64,000 bases of DNA, from the NCBI GenBank assembly GCA_015680685.1, contig MNCI01001480.1:287253-351252 (forward strand), in the 5' to 3' direction. The position numbers and the translations under genes were made by a program. The notes under the pieces are model-generated. The model had not been told where the DNA came from. It ran no database searches and worked only from the letters and a program-made list of their open reading frames with translations. This stretch comes from Gnetum montanum. Lineage: Eukaryota; Plantae; Gnetophyta. Each line of letters opens with the position of its first letter. Position 1 is the stretch's first letter. Below, piece after piece: positions 37,244-51,091 of the stretch.

Positions 37244-38038
37244 TGATGGGATGTGATATCACATGGGCCGCAATATCGCATCCCATGCAATATCACATAC
37301 GCGATATCGCGGTGCGCTGCCAAGTCTATAAATAAGAGGTGGCTCTCCCTTGTTTTTCATTCTAGTCCTAGATCGTAGCGAAACTCTGGCAGTTTGATCT
37401 CTCCAGAGATAGAATATTTTCCATGTGCCCGCAGTAGGAGCTCCAAAGTGAACGGATCTTTATTCGAGCAGACATTGTAACACAAGTTTGTGTACGGCAA
37501 TAAAGACGAACTTCTTGGATAAACCTTGCAATGCATAGAATAGGCTAAATAGGACTTTTATTTATTGTTTATCATTTACATGCTTTATTAGTTATTAAAT
37601 CTCTCTCAACCCTTCTCTCCTAGTTAAGTGCCTCAGTAGGACCGCTTTGAGCACGTGCGTTACGCGTGGTGATCCCAGCAACGACTAGCGTTTGGTAACC
37701 ACGGTTGCATCAATTCAGGGTGTGAATGGTAAGTGGGAACAGATGCTGACACTAGGTTAATTAAGACTTAGTTAGTTAGTTAAAGCTAGTAATTAGTCTC
37801 TTCAACCCTTTACTTTGTCAGCATAGGAGATAAAACAGAAAAGACATAAAAATCATATACCTTGGACTTACTTAGCCATACACCGTGACAAATACAAGTA
37901 AGTCTGGGAAGACAACGAATAATTAACCTTAAGTGTTCCATGAGGCGTGTAGGCACTGAGTCTGCGGAGTTCGACCGGATCGCGCGTGTTACGCTCGTAT
38001 TCGTATGGTTGAGTGTAGGGGTACCTCGCCACTCATCA
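37244..38038 (+). repeat. Element C 3' LTR
   Basis: TGATGGG...CACTCATCA, with TATA CTATAAATA at ~37326. Confidence 0.93.
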
Positions 38039-38218
38039 ATACTTATGTTCTTAACTTTGCCTATGGATTCAACATTAATTTAAAAGATTAACCTATTCAA
38101 AAATCTCTATATTAACTTCTTATACAAGCATGAATATGGTCTCCATCTTGGTTCTTTCTTGTTCTAAATATTATGTTGTTGGAGTAGTGGAGGTACTTCT
38201 ACCCCTCCAATTTCTAGT

Positions 38219-38277
38219 CATATGAAGGTAAATAGAAGTTGAGTAACATATGAAGGTAAATAGAAGTTGAGTAACAT
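38219..38277 (+). repeat. Perfect 28-bp tandem duplication
   Basis: CATATGAAGGTAAATAGAAGTTGAGTAA twice. Confidence 0.95.
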
Positions 38278-39094
38278 GACGGCAACAATTGGAACTAAGA
38301 ATAAAGTCATAGGCATATAAGCCTAAAAAGGGAAAGGGGGACCTTTAAACACTTGCTCCAAGTCAAAATTGTATTGGGGTGAATAACATTATGAAATTGC
38401 ATAAAAAATCTTGAAAGTTGGTAGCTATTTGTAGTGTACTATGATCATCACTTATTTCAAAGCCATTGAACAATCTTACTTATAATAGTCCCAATTGGTA
38501 TATGGTATAGTAGATTGTGATGGTATAAGAATTTGATCCTTTTTTATATTTTAAAAAATTAATATTTAAAAGCAATTGTAAGAACTTCCAACCCTATGTA
38601 GAATATGGATAAAGGAATGGGAAGTGTGCTCCACCAACGGCTTCTAGACATTGCTTGAGAAAATGAGCATTAAAGATAGATGCAATGATTTTTGATTAAA
38701 AATGCAAAATAACTACAATGTACAATGTAATAGTTGAATGCTTCTCCGTTTCATAAGTACATACCAGAAATTTGCTCTTCTCGGTCAGAGAACATCATAT
38801 AACAATCAAGGTGTTACGCTTCTTATTTTACATAGAAGCTAACACATTTTTTTCAAAGGGAAAAAAAAATCAAATAATCCCAGACGTCTCTCAAAACTCA
38901 AACCAACAGAATTAATGAAAGGGTGTTCTTTTTAACCCTTAAATTTCGAAATCATAGCAATGCATATCTTCTCTCACATAGGAATAAATTGTCTCTCCCG
39001 TACGATACAAGAAAGAAATATCCCCGTACTACAATTTGTTTTTAATAAAAGTGAATTGAAAACACATGGTGCTATTGCAATGGAATAGAAAGAG

Positions 39095-40989
39095 GCAGAC
39101 GCAATTGCAGATGCGGCCATGAGCGTTCTGAAGGATTGGATACTCATCACACCATTCATGATTCTGCAGACCAGGCCAAGGCCAATACACTCACTCGCAG
39201 GTACAAGTGCTGTTCCAGGTATTGTCTTTTGCCCAATTTTTGCTTCTCACATTCCACATGCCTGCGTCATCCAGCGCCACACACACTGCTGTTCATGATT
39301 TTGGATATACCTGCACAAACCCACCCACAATAACATTCATATTCATATTCAACCACACTTTACAGCAGCAGCTGCATATACATAGATAGCCATTATATAT
39401 TTACCTCCAAAATTTTTGTTCTCATGAGAAGCTTGTCCTGCTTGCATGAATGGTGATTGTCAAGATTTCCGATGAGTGAAAGCAGTTTTTTTCAGGATTG
39501 GGATGAAGGAATATTTGGTTGTTTGTTGTATGTGACTGTGATGCCCTAAACCTTTTTTTCTTACCCGTAACCAGTTTCAGGCCAGGATTCAGATTAGGCC
39601 CTTAAGAAACAGAAGGACCAAAATTAGCTCAATGCACTGACGAAGTTTCCAAGCAATTCTGGTCAGAGTCGTAAGGAATTATCATTTGGTTGTTTCTCAT
39701 TGGAAAGCTTTTTGAAAAGTATGCAATCCACAAATCCATATGAATTAGAGACGAAAGTAGGGTGGACATTAAAATCCATGCACCAGGTTTAATCCTTGAA
39801 ATTTCCTGTGCAGTAAATCAATGGTTGTCCAAATTACCATTACCAGCATTGATGTTTTGTTTTATTATCATAGTAGAAGTTGAGATTAGCCCTCAAAAAG
39901 TTGTATGTTTGAAAAAGGCAGTCTTATTTGGAAAATTTCATGGAGTTCTATTTTGTTTGAATCTTGAGTTGTGCAGCGAGCAACTGTGTCAAAGAAGTTG
40001 TACCCTTCCCTGCTACCTGGATTCCAGTCTCCTTCATCTATACCCACAACAAAGAAGGAATATCCATCCATATGCCAAGACTGCACCACATCTTCCTAGT
40101 TCTGGAATANTGATGGCATGAACTTGCCATAGTGGTAGTATCCTTGTAGATTTGAGGTCCACTTGCTGTGAGATTCCATCTGCAGTCAGTAGCATCAAAA
40201 TTTATGAAATGAAACAACAAATTTTATGCATCTTAAAACATATTTACAGAACTAGGAAACACAAATATACACAAACACATCTCCTAAGCCATAGTAATTC
40301 TACGAAAGCCATATTGAAAAGTTGAGTTGCATAGCTGAATTCAAGTTTTATAGAGCAAATAATAAAAGTACAGGTATGTTTATATGCGTGTTTGCTATCT
40401 TGGATAAAAATTAATAATAAAAATCATAATAATGTTGACGAAATCAGAATCTGCTACGGCAAGGAAATTTTGTTTGGAACTGAACATCATACCGAGTGAT
40501 TGGTCTTGTACCAATCTCCAATGAGGACAGTATAGTCCCATTCAGGACTGGGAAATGCCATAGCAATTCCAGGTCTGCTCACGATCCTGAGTTCCCCAAA
40601 TCCCCTTGCTGTTTTGTCGAAGTACATAAGAGAGGAAGTAGTAATAACTGCTAATCTGATACTTGACTTGAAACTTGTAAGTGAAAATCCTACCAGGAGG
40701 AATGGAGCAGTTAGTGCCAAACATCCCATCTTGCCATTAATTTCTTCTCTTCTGAACTTCATTCCTGCAACAGCAAAGGAAACCCGCAGATAACACAACC
40801 TGACATTTGGAGTTGTTCCAGTGATATTTAAAATAACATGAAAATGTATGAATATTTGAATATTTCGTGTGTTCCACACCATGAAAGCAAAATTGGATCT
40901 GCCTAGCTATTATAGACATTGATGATGATGTTATCATTTGTTACAGAATCTATCTGGGGGCCTGGAATTTGGCCATTGATCAGAATTCC
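39095..40989 (-). pseudogene. SKU5-similar (SKS) multicopper oxidase pseudogene
   Basis: Exon 40989-40880: GILINGQIPGPQIDSVTNDNIIINVYNS*ADPILLSW. Exon 40764-40493: RRN*WQDGMFGTNCSIPPG...DYTVLIGDWYKTNHS, with a frameshift. Exon 40179-~39964: WNLTASGP..YHYG and QSWHMDGYSFFVVG...VARCTTQ. Exon 39310-~39095: VYPKS*TAVCVALDDAGMWNVRS...DEYPI. First exon and middle exons not found. Confidence 0.9.
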
Positions 40990-42854
40990 CTGCATCCAAA
41001 ACAACCAAAATCATTAGCAGGCACCAAACCGTTGTCCATTCCTATACAAAACTTACAAAGTTGGATACATGATGCTTAACATCAAATGACAGAATCAACA
41101 TATACATGAATAATAATAATAATATATATGTACTTTGAATCATAAAGGGTACCATGCCTTGCCCTAGTCTAGGAGTGGTAGGAGTGGTGGTATAGTACAT
41201 GGAAATACCCCAAAAATTTCATAAAGGCAACTCTGAAACTGATGTGGTTGAAGACATCCAAAACGATTTTAGTTGACATAAGTAAATGCATTGCATTTTA
41301 ATTTTAGTTTGATAGATATATATAACAAATCTGAATAAAATAGTAAAATACGTAAGCAGATTGATAAGGATTATTCAAATGGGTAACTTAATGGTCTAGA
41401 AACTGTTATAGGCCATTAATCCAAAATCTAAAGATGATGATTGTGGCATTGTTATGGATTTTAAACTACCTAATAATCTTATGTGAATGAGCAAGGGGGG
41501 CAATTTACCAGTGGCTTAGTCAATAGAAGGGCTAGAACTTAATTTCTGGCATGGCAGACCAACAGATTACACATTAAACTACCATTTACTTTATTGTTGG
41601 GATGTTGTAAAAACTTTGTAGGCACTAAAGCTATTATGACATTCAAATTGAAGTAATATATTATGGGTATGAAAACTGGTAAAATTCAAACTGTGAAATT
41701 GCTTTTAATTCTTCTGTTTGAGAGATCTTGGATTTTGGCTGCAGCTCACTCCTCTTTTAATGCTTTCCCTAATTGCTTAAAGCTCTTATTTTATAGATTT
41801 TTGATTCCAAACTCTTCTTCTAATGCTTTCCCGTAGATGCTTTTAAGTTTTTCTTGTGAGTTCTAATCTCATTGCTGCCCGAATTTTATGCTATGCCTTA
41901 GATATTTTGAAGTTTTTCTTATGAGCTTTAATCTCATTGCTGTCCTATGTTTCAAAAATGCCATGCATGATGCTGGAACTGAACAGCACCTTCCTTTGAA
42001 TATTATTTTTTGCTACTTCAGGTGCAATCGTCAAGCTGGTTCCTTTCTTAAGCTCACTTTTAGAAAGGTACAGGTTCTTTTTTTTTTTTTTATCACAACG
42101 TTGAACATTGCAGAAAAGTAGATGCAAATGTGGTCATTTAATAAGAAAACAATGCAGAAACTTCACAAAATGAATTCCCATAAAAATTAATGTGAACACA
42201 GAGCACTACCTTGTAAGATGATTTTTTATAAAATTAATGTAAATATAGAGCATTCTCATTTTGAGAAAGAAAAGGATGATTTAGATCCAGTACAAATGAG
42301 CCTTTTTCAAAAAATTGGTAAGGAATAAGTTGAAACGTTTCCAGAAATGCATTGCTTGTAACTGTCTTGCTTTGTCCAGACATTCTTCTTGTAAAATCTA
42401 CGGTTGCAGGATGATGGTAAAAGCGGAGGGCAGGGATGGCCAACTGAAGGCCAACCATTTAGCTTTGATCAGAACCCGCCTCCTGCAGTATATTTGCGCG
42501 ACAACAGGATTCAGAGCCCATCATTTCCACATGGACGCAAGGTAGATCTACAAGTTTAGCATGGTTTCAGGTATGGTATACTATCATAATAGTATTGACA
42601 TAGTGTCATTCAAAGTAACAGTAACTTCAGCAAGATAAGACATATAAAACAATTAAAACACAGCTTATGTTCTATTAGCCTTGAATTCTTGCAAAGACCG
42701 TGAGGGAAGAACCTGGAAGGAAATGTGTGCACCATTTATCATTTCTTTTCTTTCCTGCTAGCCGCCTCCTCAAAATACGCCGAAAAATAAACTCATTTCC
42801 AACGAGAGAAAGCACAAGTGATATAATTTTCAAATGCTGCACATTATGTAGAAC

Positions 42855-42953
42855 CGTAGCAATCTCTTCGTAGGTTTCTTCATTGATCTCCGCTATGGTT
42901 ATAACTTCTTTCGCCTCCCAAAAGCCATATTCAAGTGCTGATCAATTGTTTCA
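42855..42953 (-). pseudogene. LSM3: LSM3 (Sm-like protein) exon fragment with a 1-bp frameshift
   Basis: DQHLNMAFG / AKEVITIAEINEETYEEIAT matches plant LSM3 [29 protein letters not shown]. Bounded by CCAG| and |GT. Confidence 0.75.
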
Positions 42954-43299
42954 CTGGAACAAATCAAAGAAAGTTGGGGAACAAATCAAGAAAGTTGGGA
43001 AACAAACTTTAAGAAATACAAACATAAGAAATTACTGGTTCAGTTACCTTGAACAACAAAGTAAAAAGGAAAAAAGTTGGATAAACAATCACTAAACCAA
43101 TCTTTATCTATCAAACACTGATATCATAAAAATACAAAATCTCTCTCTCGCGTAATCAAACATAGAAATCATAAAATTATAAAATCTTTAACAAAAGTAA
43201 TATGTCACTAGCTAGAGAGAGAATAGGTTATTACAATTAGAGATTTTTTTGTTTAATCCTACTTCCTTTCAAATCTTTTTGAGGCATGGAAGCTAATTT

Positions 43300-44700
43300 G
43301 AACAAAGGTTAGAATGCAAGGTCATGAAATTTTGCATGTGGGTTGATATCCACTACTTATGAGAATAGCTGAAAAAAGTCATCTAAAATCAATGTTGATT
43401 TTTATAAAAACTTCATTTCCAACATTGAAAATTGAGACAATGTCTTCATAATTCAATTCTTCTGAGTACCAATTTGAACATGCAAAAGGTCACATTCTAC
43501 CATTTTATAACCTAAAAATTTTCATCAATGTTCAAATTCATTTAGTATGCATGTTAATAGTGCAAGGAAATATTGGCACTCATAAAGTAAATGCCAAAGG
43601 CTCATTTGGAAGTAATAAAGGTTTACAATTATATACATATCAATGTTAGACTAGTTTTAAAGAAAAATGGTGAAAGTGGATAGAGACCTACTGCATGCCA
43701 CATAATTCACATGATGCATTGAAAGCTCACTTCAGTGATTGCACTCAAGCTTATGTTTCGTCTACTCCAAGCCATACGTTGGTTACTTTAACAGCCAAAT
43801 ATCAACTCTTTCTATACAGCTAGGGCATCACTCCAAATAGTGCTTTTAGATTTTTTGATCTCTTGCTCAAGATAGGAAAATGTAGCATCATCTTTAAATT
43901 CACTTGCTTTATAATGCATGCTATGAAATTTATATAGCATCTTATTCCAAAAGCAACAGCTTCAAAGCTCTTTTATAAATTGATGGAGATATTCAAGAGG
44001 AATCCCACTCAATATTACATGCATCAAGTCTTGTTTTGCTACTGTGACTTGGCAAGTTGAGGAGATTGGGAGGCTAAAGCACTTTTGAATTGATGGTAAA
44101 TTATCATGAGCAAGCCCCAAAATAATGAGTACTAACCTAAACCAAGGCTTTTAAAGTTAAAAAAAAAAAGAGTTGGATCACAAGAACTCAAGTTAAACGA
44201 TATTAACATGTGTTTTAATACCTACAAACTATTACATAAACTTTGCTAACATGAGAAGCTAGATGTTCTCCAAGGTTAGGATACTTATTTAATGCATTTT
44301 TCAGCTGTAATACAAGTAACTGCATTGAAGATGACCTTGAGAAAAATTAGAAATCACAATATGCTTAAAGTTGTCATAGGCTATTTGATAATCATAAACA
44401 TTATACACCATAAAGTTGGAAAAAGAATACTAAAATAAAGTACCTCTAATAATGTAGGATGCTAAGTTAGTAGTATGCACACTTTAAGAAACCCACCCAT
44501 GATTTTGGAATTTTTCAAGCCTACATTGAGAGAAACATATCATATATATGGTGAGACAACCTATTATTTAACCAACAATGTGTAATGTATAAAGACTAAT
44601 ATACCCCAATCCTAATGACAGTCACAAAATAAAGCTAAACATAACATTAGTTTATTGCCTAGTCTCAATTTGTAAAATTTAAAATTGTAAGAAAAGTTTA
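43300..44700 (+). mobile_element. Highly decayed hAT (DUF659-type) transposase remnant
   Basis: Faint motifs in the expected order: CAAH-like (~43695), SCFAT for TRFAT (~44030), FG..A...R and YGET (~44505-44560). Heavily mutated. Confidence 0.35.
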
Positions 44701-44854
44701 ATTGTTCAAGAAAGCTTATCCTTCTTTTTATTAATCAAGACACTTTATCCATTACAAACATTTTTTGAATTTCTGCAAAGAGCAATGGAAATATTTAGTC
44801 ACATAAAAGAAAATTCCACACTCAAATCTCCTATAATGTAAGATACTAGTAAAT

Positions 44855-44932
44855 TCAAGAATATGAACTTGTGACTTGGGTTTTTAAATTTTTTTTTTTT
44901 GGTAAGACTCTTACCACTAAGCTAACACCTCA
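44855..44932 (-). mobile_element. Possible tRNA-derived SINE remnant
   Basis: Reverse strand reads GGTGTTAGCTTAGTGGTAAGAGTC...CACAAGTTCATATTC (A-box- and B-box-like). Confidence 0.25.
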
Positions 44933-47900
44933 AGAATAACTTTAGCCAAGAATTCGCACAAAATGCATGCTTCAATTATCATTATAAGATGATTTTGAAT
45001 ATAACCTAACAAATATCAACCAAATGAAAACTTTTCTTCTATCCTACAAAAAACTCTTTATTCAATCCTATATTTACAACATTATAGTATTATATAATTG
45101 TTGCATGCTACTGCAAAATATGCTCTAAGATAAAGAACACAAGCCCTAAGATATTTATAACACAAAACGAAAAAACAAAAAGAATAACACTAGAATGACC
45201 AAAGGAAAAGCTAGCTATACATGTAATATAGAGCCATGAATCATAACATCCACAACAATCATGAGTAGTTTCACATATAGGCTACAATAGAAGGAAATTA
45301 GCTAAGCATGTTACTAACCAAGATAGAACACAAAAGTTTTGGAAAAAATGTATATGTCACCAAAGTTTTGGGTACTTTTACGATTAAAATAATTATTTGG
45401 ATGTTGGTTTTCAGTTGGTGAATGCTAAAATAAAAATATAATACAAGTTTTGATACATTGCGTCAAACAATGAGGATAAGAATGACATTGATGTTGTTAT
45501 GAATTATCATATTGCCTTGCATTGATAACTAGTTGTAACACCATATTTATGAATCAAATTAAGTAAATCAATATAGGTCACAAAAATTAGCATAGACATT
45601 TCTAAAGTAGAAAACCCTACTATAGAAAAGGAAATGAAATATACTTTTCAAAAATAAAAATGGCTCATGTAGATGAAGAATTGAAAGAAAACATTGCAAA
45701 TGATGAGTGGAAAGAAAACATTTCTGAAGAAGACCAAACTATTGATGCATAAAACTTGCAAAAAGAACTTAAGTAAAAAGGCTTTATATGGTTACCTTAT
45801 GCAACTACATTGAGAGTCAAAGCTAGCTCACTAGTTTGGCTCATTTTGTCAAGGCCCATCCAACTAATGAAAATGATGATAAACATGCTCAAGGATCTTA
45901 CAATAATTTATTCCTGGGTATTATTCCTATTGTACTCTCATTCTTGGAACTGCACAAAAATGATACAAATGCAGTAAAATGATCATGCTAACTTTACACA
46001 TTAAAGTGTCATGTGGTGCATTTGGATGTACTAAAAATTCTATGCTAGAAGAGAACTTTCAGTAGGTTGTAGAGATTTCTTATAATGGTGAACAAGAAGA
46101 TGATGTATCAACAAAGAAGCCAAAAATGACATTCTTGTGTTGAGGCAGTGTAGAAGAAGAGGTTAGTGATGTATTTTCATCAGCAACCAATGGCTGCATA
46201 AATTCCATCTTCAAATCACCTTTCACAATGATTTTTGCATAGATGATGCTTAAGAAAATTACATTTTCATAAGAATTCCTTGGTAATGAACTTTTTAGTG
46301 TAATTCTAGATGATTTTTGTACTTGAAACATGATAGGAAGTAGTTCTTTTGGAAACCCTTTTTGGACCTTCAAAGAAAGGTATTTTTGTTAGGCAAAGAA
46401 TATATATTCTCCCTTGCATGAGAACAATGGTTAAATCAAATGTTTCAAAGCTATACAAATTAATGAGTAAATATTATAGTTTTATATACACGTAAACTTG
46501 CCTTCTTAAAAATCTAATGAAATAATTACTCAAATATGGTGACATTGTGATCTTCTGTCTAAATTCACTGTAGCTACATGGATGAAATATTTGTTAGATA
46601 ACTAAGATTACTTGAAAATTAATTATGGAAGAAACATGTGTTCAACAAAGAATTTTTACTATTCCTTGCACCGTTCTGTTTAAAAATGAAGAAGCTACCA
46701 AGTTCTAAATCTACCTTGAAACTTAGTCACAACACAATATAACTTTTATGTTAAATTACATTATACAAGAAGCATGGTAGAAGATAACATGTATTTCAAA
46801 GTTGGTTGAATGATTTATAGTACCTTAGCTATATGTAAAAATGAGATCAAATTTAAATCTGTTAAATGCCCAATACACTATGAATCCAAATCACATCATA
46901 TTTACTTTTCTAAAGACTAAACTCCTTTAAATAACAAAACATGATAAATTCATCAAAACACTTTTCAAAATTTTACATTAACATTAGATTGCAATTATCT
47001 CACAAAATAGGATGTATCTTGAAAATTTTAACTCAACAAAACATACTCTGATTCTTGAGATTGAAGTAATAAAATTGTTTTAGCATCTTGCTTGTAGAGG
47101 TATGTAAAAGTAGTTTGATACACAACCGCCCTTGTGGAAATTGTTAACATCATGTTAAGTCCACTTTAGACAATGGAAAACCAATTGAACAAGGTTACCC
47201 TACAACACATTCATGGAACAATGGCAATGACATCAAACTAAAGTAATAAATGGATTAAAAAATTTCATCTTTGGTAAATAGATGATTTAGACCAACGTAA
47301 TAAAAAGGCACTGTAGCATGATGTTGAACTAGATGTACAAAAGGTTGAATAATGCTCAAATACACATAAAATATGAAAATTAAAACAAGAATTAAAGGAA
47401 TTATCATATCAAGATAAACAATTAATCATCAAATCCTAACTATAGGAGGATTTTAAAAAAATATTATTATTTTAAAGTCATCTACATTTACCGAGTCTTA
47501 CATTTATTCACCATGTTTCATGTAAGAATAATAATCTTATAAGCTACAATAATCAAAATAAAAACATTTGGCAACAAATTTGAAACCAAGCAAGCACAAT
47601 TAGGAAGCAAAGAAACCTAAATATAACAAATGAAGAAAACTGCTACCTTTTTTTTACATAATGGTAATAGTGTGGCAACAGATTAAGCACTATTTTCTAT
47701 TGTCTTTGTATTCTTAAATTTAGAAGGGTTACCTATCTCCAAGTATATGTGAAGATATATTAAAACATCCATTAAAATGTAATTAAACATTTCTATTTTA
47801 TTTTGAATAACTCAATATTCAAGTTTTTAGATGTTGCAAAAAAATACCAATTTTTGCATATATGTTGGTGTTCATGGTAATCATTCACAACATAGTTTTC

Positions 47901-48379
47901 ATTAAACAAGTTGTATGAATTTTGTCTAGATGTAATACAAAATATCTACTATATTACAAGAAGAAATGTCTAGTAAGGACATCCAATATGAAGTGCAGTG
48001 TCTCAATAATTATCAAAACTTAATGGACAATCAAGAAAATTCATGACCATAACAATATTTATAACGTTCTTTATATTCAACCATTCAACTTGAAAATAAA
48101 AAATGTAATAGATTTGAGAAACATAGTAAGTGGAATGAAAAATACAATGATAGTGAATATTACTTCAACAACATGTTGTGGACACTATGGGTCTAGGTAG
48201 AATTAAACAATAAAGTTTTCCCATGTCTCCTTATTTGATGCCTAGAATTAAACAAGAATAACACTAGTCCAATCATATTGATCCTAGACTTTTCTCTAAT
48301 GTATATTCTTTTCCAAAAACATGTAGGCTCTCTAATATGTATCCTACATTTCTATCTAATGGTTGATGCTCTCTTTGTT

Positions 48380-51065
48380 GAAGAAAAACAAATAATTTTA
48401 TTGAAATGTACAAAATGAAAAGAATTTTTAGGCTTTGAAAACAAGGATAACAAGTAAGCTAGTTTTTGCAATTTCAAACTTCCCTAAGTTTTTTTGAAGT
48501 GGAGTGGATGCAAGTATGCTTGCTATTGGAGGCATGCTTTCTTAAAAGGATAAGCTCATTGTATTCTTTTCTAAGAAATTAGATGAGACAAAACAAATGT
48601 ATAGTATTTATGAGAAAAGTATTTGTGCTATTATTCAAGCCATTAAGCATTGTCTTTTTCCTAGTAAATTAGTGTTCATTAATCACAAAACATTGCAATT
48701 TTTAAATTCTTAAAAGAAGTTTAGTGTTGAACACATGAATTGGGTAGAACAACTTCAAGAAATTTTTTTTTTGCAACATAGAAGTGCCAAGTAATGTAGT
48801 GGCTAATGTTTTATCTAAGATTCATGTCATTAATAATTCTTTTGTTTAGGTTGATGGCTTTGATTCTTTTATCTCTTTGTATCTTAATAATTATGAATTT
48901 AAAAAATTTGAAAAAGTTTGAATGAATCCATACTTGATAGGGATAATAGGTGGAAATACTATCATGTCTAGGTAGGCAATTTGTTTTAAAATGGAAAACT
49001 TTGTATGTTTAATTGTGATTTCAGTTTGAAACTTTGGGAAGAAAAGAATAATAGAGGTATAGCTAACCATATGGGTAAGACAAGGAGAACTCTCCTATAA
49101 AAGCTATTTTTGGCCTAGTACGCAAAAGATGTTAAATTTGTGAAATAAGGCAATGTTTGTCAAAAATATAAATAAGGTAAAAGTATTAAAGGTCGTTATT
49201 TGTCATTGTCAATGATAATACATTTCATGTTTCCCATTTGTCTTTCTAAGATATTCTAAAGTGATATGATATTCCATTGAATATTGTAAGTGATAAAAGA
49301 TACGTGGTTTACTAGTCATTTTTAAAGGTAATTGCCGAAATTGTGAGAGAATTGTCTTTTCTAATGCTTACCATTCAAATATTAAGGTCCAAATTGAAGT
49401 GGTAAACAAAGATTTATTAAAAATTGTACATTGTTTATGTAAAAATCAATTGAAGATAGTATATTTTGTGGGCATATGTTAAATTTTGTTATAATAATGT
49501 TTTTTGTACCTACATTGGAAAAAATCATTTTGTTGCTAATTATGGTTTTTCTCCTAAAATGAGTGATGATGTGAGGATTTCTATGGTTATGGATCTTTTA
49601 GTTTTGGTTTTGTTAAGCACATTAAGGAATTGTATAATCAAGTTAGAGCCAAACTTAGAATAAAGTCCACAAGACTATCACTAAAATGAACAAAGGCAAA
49701 AGAATGCCTCATTTTAATGTTGATAATTATGTTTGGGTAACCATGGGTAAAGAGAGGTAGAGGAATGAAAATTTCTACAAGTGAAAAATAAGAAAGATTG
49801 ATGCATTCAATATAATAATAAAGATAAATCAAAATGCATGTGAAATTGATTTTCCTAAGCATTTTTTTGATTCTTATGGTTTTAATGTTTCATATTTGAC
49901 TCATTTTCATGGCAAAGTGAATTCATTGGATTTGGAGGACAACCTTCATGTTCTTAAGGTGCAATAGCAAATCCTAATCCAAGCTCATCAAAGAAGTCAT
50001 TTATGTTGAAAACAAGAAAGAATAGGAGTACAAGAGGAAAAAAGAGATATCAATATTCAATGCACTAGAATAATGAAAGGCCTAAAAACATCATTTTTGT
50101 TCATGAGTTTGATTTATGTTTGTAATGCGGATTGATGTTATTTAAAATGTAATACCCAATTAGGTTTTAATCATGAGTCCTTTAAAAATAATGAAGGAGA
50201 TGATGAGGGAAACAATCAATTCGAATGTATGAATTCTTAAACTAAGGACTTGTGTATGTGATTTATGATAGTTTTAGTTGTAGAAGATTATTTGGTTATG
50301 TTTTAAACCATTTTGGACATGTTTTAGATGTTGGCATGCTATTGCAACCTTGTCATAATTATCTATATGTTCCAAAATCATGAAAAATCGTATTTGATAG
50401 GTAATTGTTAATGAACTTGAAGTTTCAATGTCATCATAACTAGATGTGATTTGATTACCAATTACAAGTCACAAATAAATATCAAAAGGATGTCAATCAT
50501 AGTATCAATGTAACCAGATGTAGTTATGCTTGGGTTGAAGATGCCTCACCAATGCTAGTCACAATAGGGTCACAATGAGCTACCAAGAAACTATTGGTCA
50601 AAACCCACCATTGCTGCTAATATCCACTTTTGAAATTTTGGGTTTTATATTAGTGCATGCTAATTGGGGTTGCAATCCAACTACAACTAGCAAATTATGG
50701 GTTAATTGTGAGTTGCAAGGAAGCTATAGTCATAAAAAATTTATTTTAAAATTTTTTTAAAGTGCAAAGAGGAATCCTCACTATCAAGAAACATGTATAA
50801 ATATCCCTAAAGTCTCATAACTGAGTCTTTATCCATGTTAAAGGATCAAGAGAGAGTTAACTATGCTATGAATCCTTCTCATTATGGTGAGAAGAGTTTG
50901 TGAAAGTGCTTTCAATCCTTTGGATTGTGTCTTGTCATTTATATCATTGCATGCTTTGATCTTGGATTTTATGAAATAATAAAGAAGATTTCCTTTTCTT
51001 GTACTACTATTTATTCATGAGATTAATTTAATGTTTTTTATAGTTGAAAGAAGGAATTGTCATCA
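48380..51065 (+). mobile_element. Element G: 5'-truncated chromovirus (CRM-like) Ty3/gypsy relic with 3' LTR 50201-51065
   Basis: RNase H DASMLAIGGMLS*KDKLIVFFSKKLDETKQMYSIYEK, integrase YHSNIKVQIEVVNK and KINQNACEIDFP. PPT ATGAAGGAGA then TGATG...CATCA. Confidence 0.7.
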
Positions 51066-51091
51066 ACGTTTGGGTTATGTAGCCTAAAATT

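Larger units (their letters stand above)
31283..38038 (+). mobile_element. Element C: non-autonomous Athila-like LTR element (gag + protease; RT/RH/IN deleted)
   Basis: Perfect TSD ATACT (31278-31282 / 38039-38043). 5' LTR from 31283 runs into the gap. 3' LTR 37244-38038 after PPT AGTCATGGGGGTA. LTRs about 96-97% identical by eye, with CpGs retained. Confidence 0.92.

Noticed and set aside
38179-38210. Small hairpin TTGGAG...CTCCAA as a miRNA or Helitron end
   Set aside because: The stem is short and imperfect, too small for a miRNA precursor. A CTAG follows, but no Helitron 5' end was identified.
45000-48380. AT-rich stretch possibly derived from DNA transposons
   Set aside because: No motif or terminus could be supported by eye.
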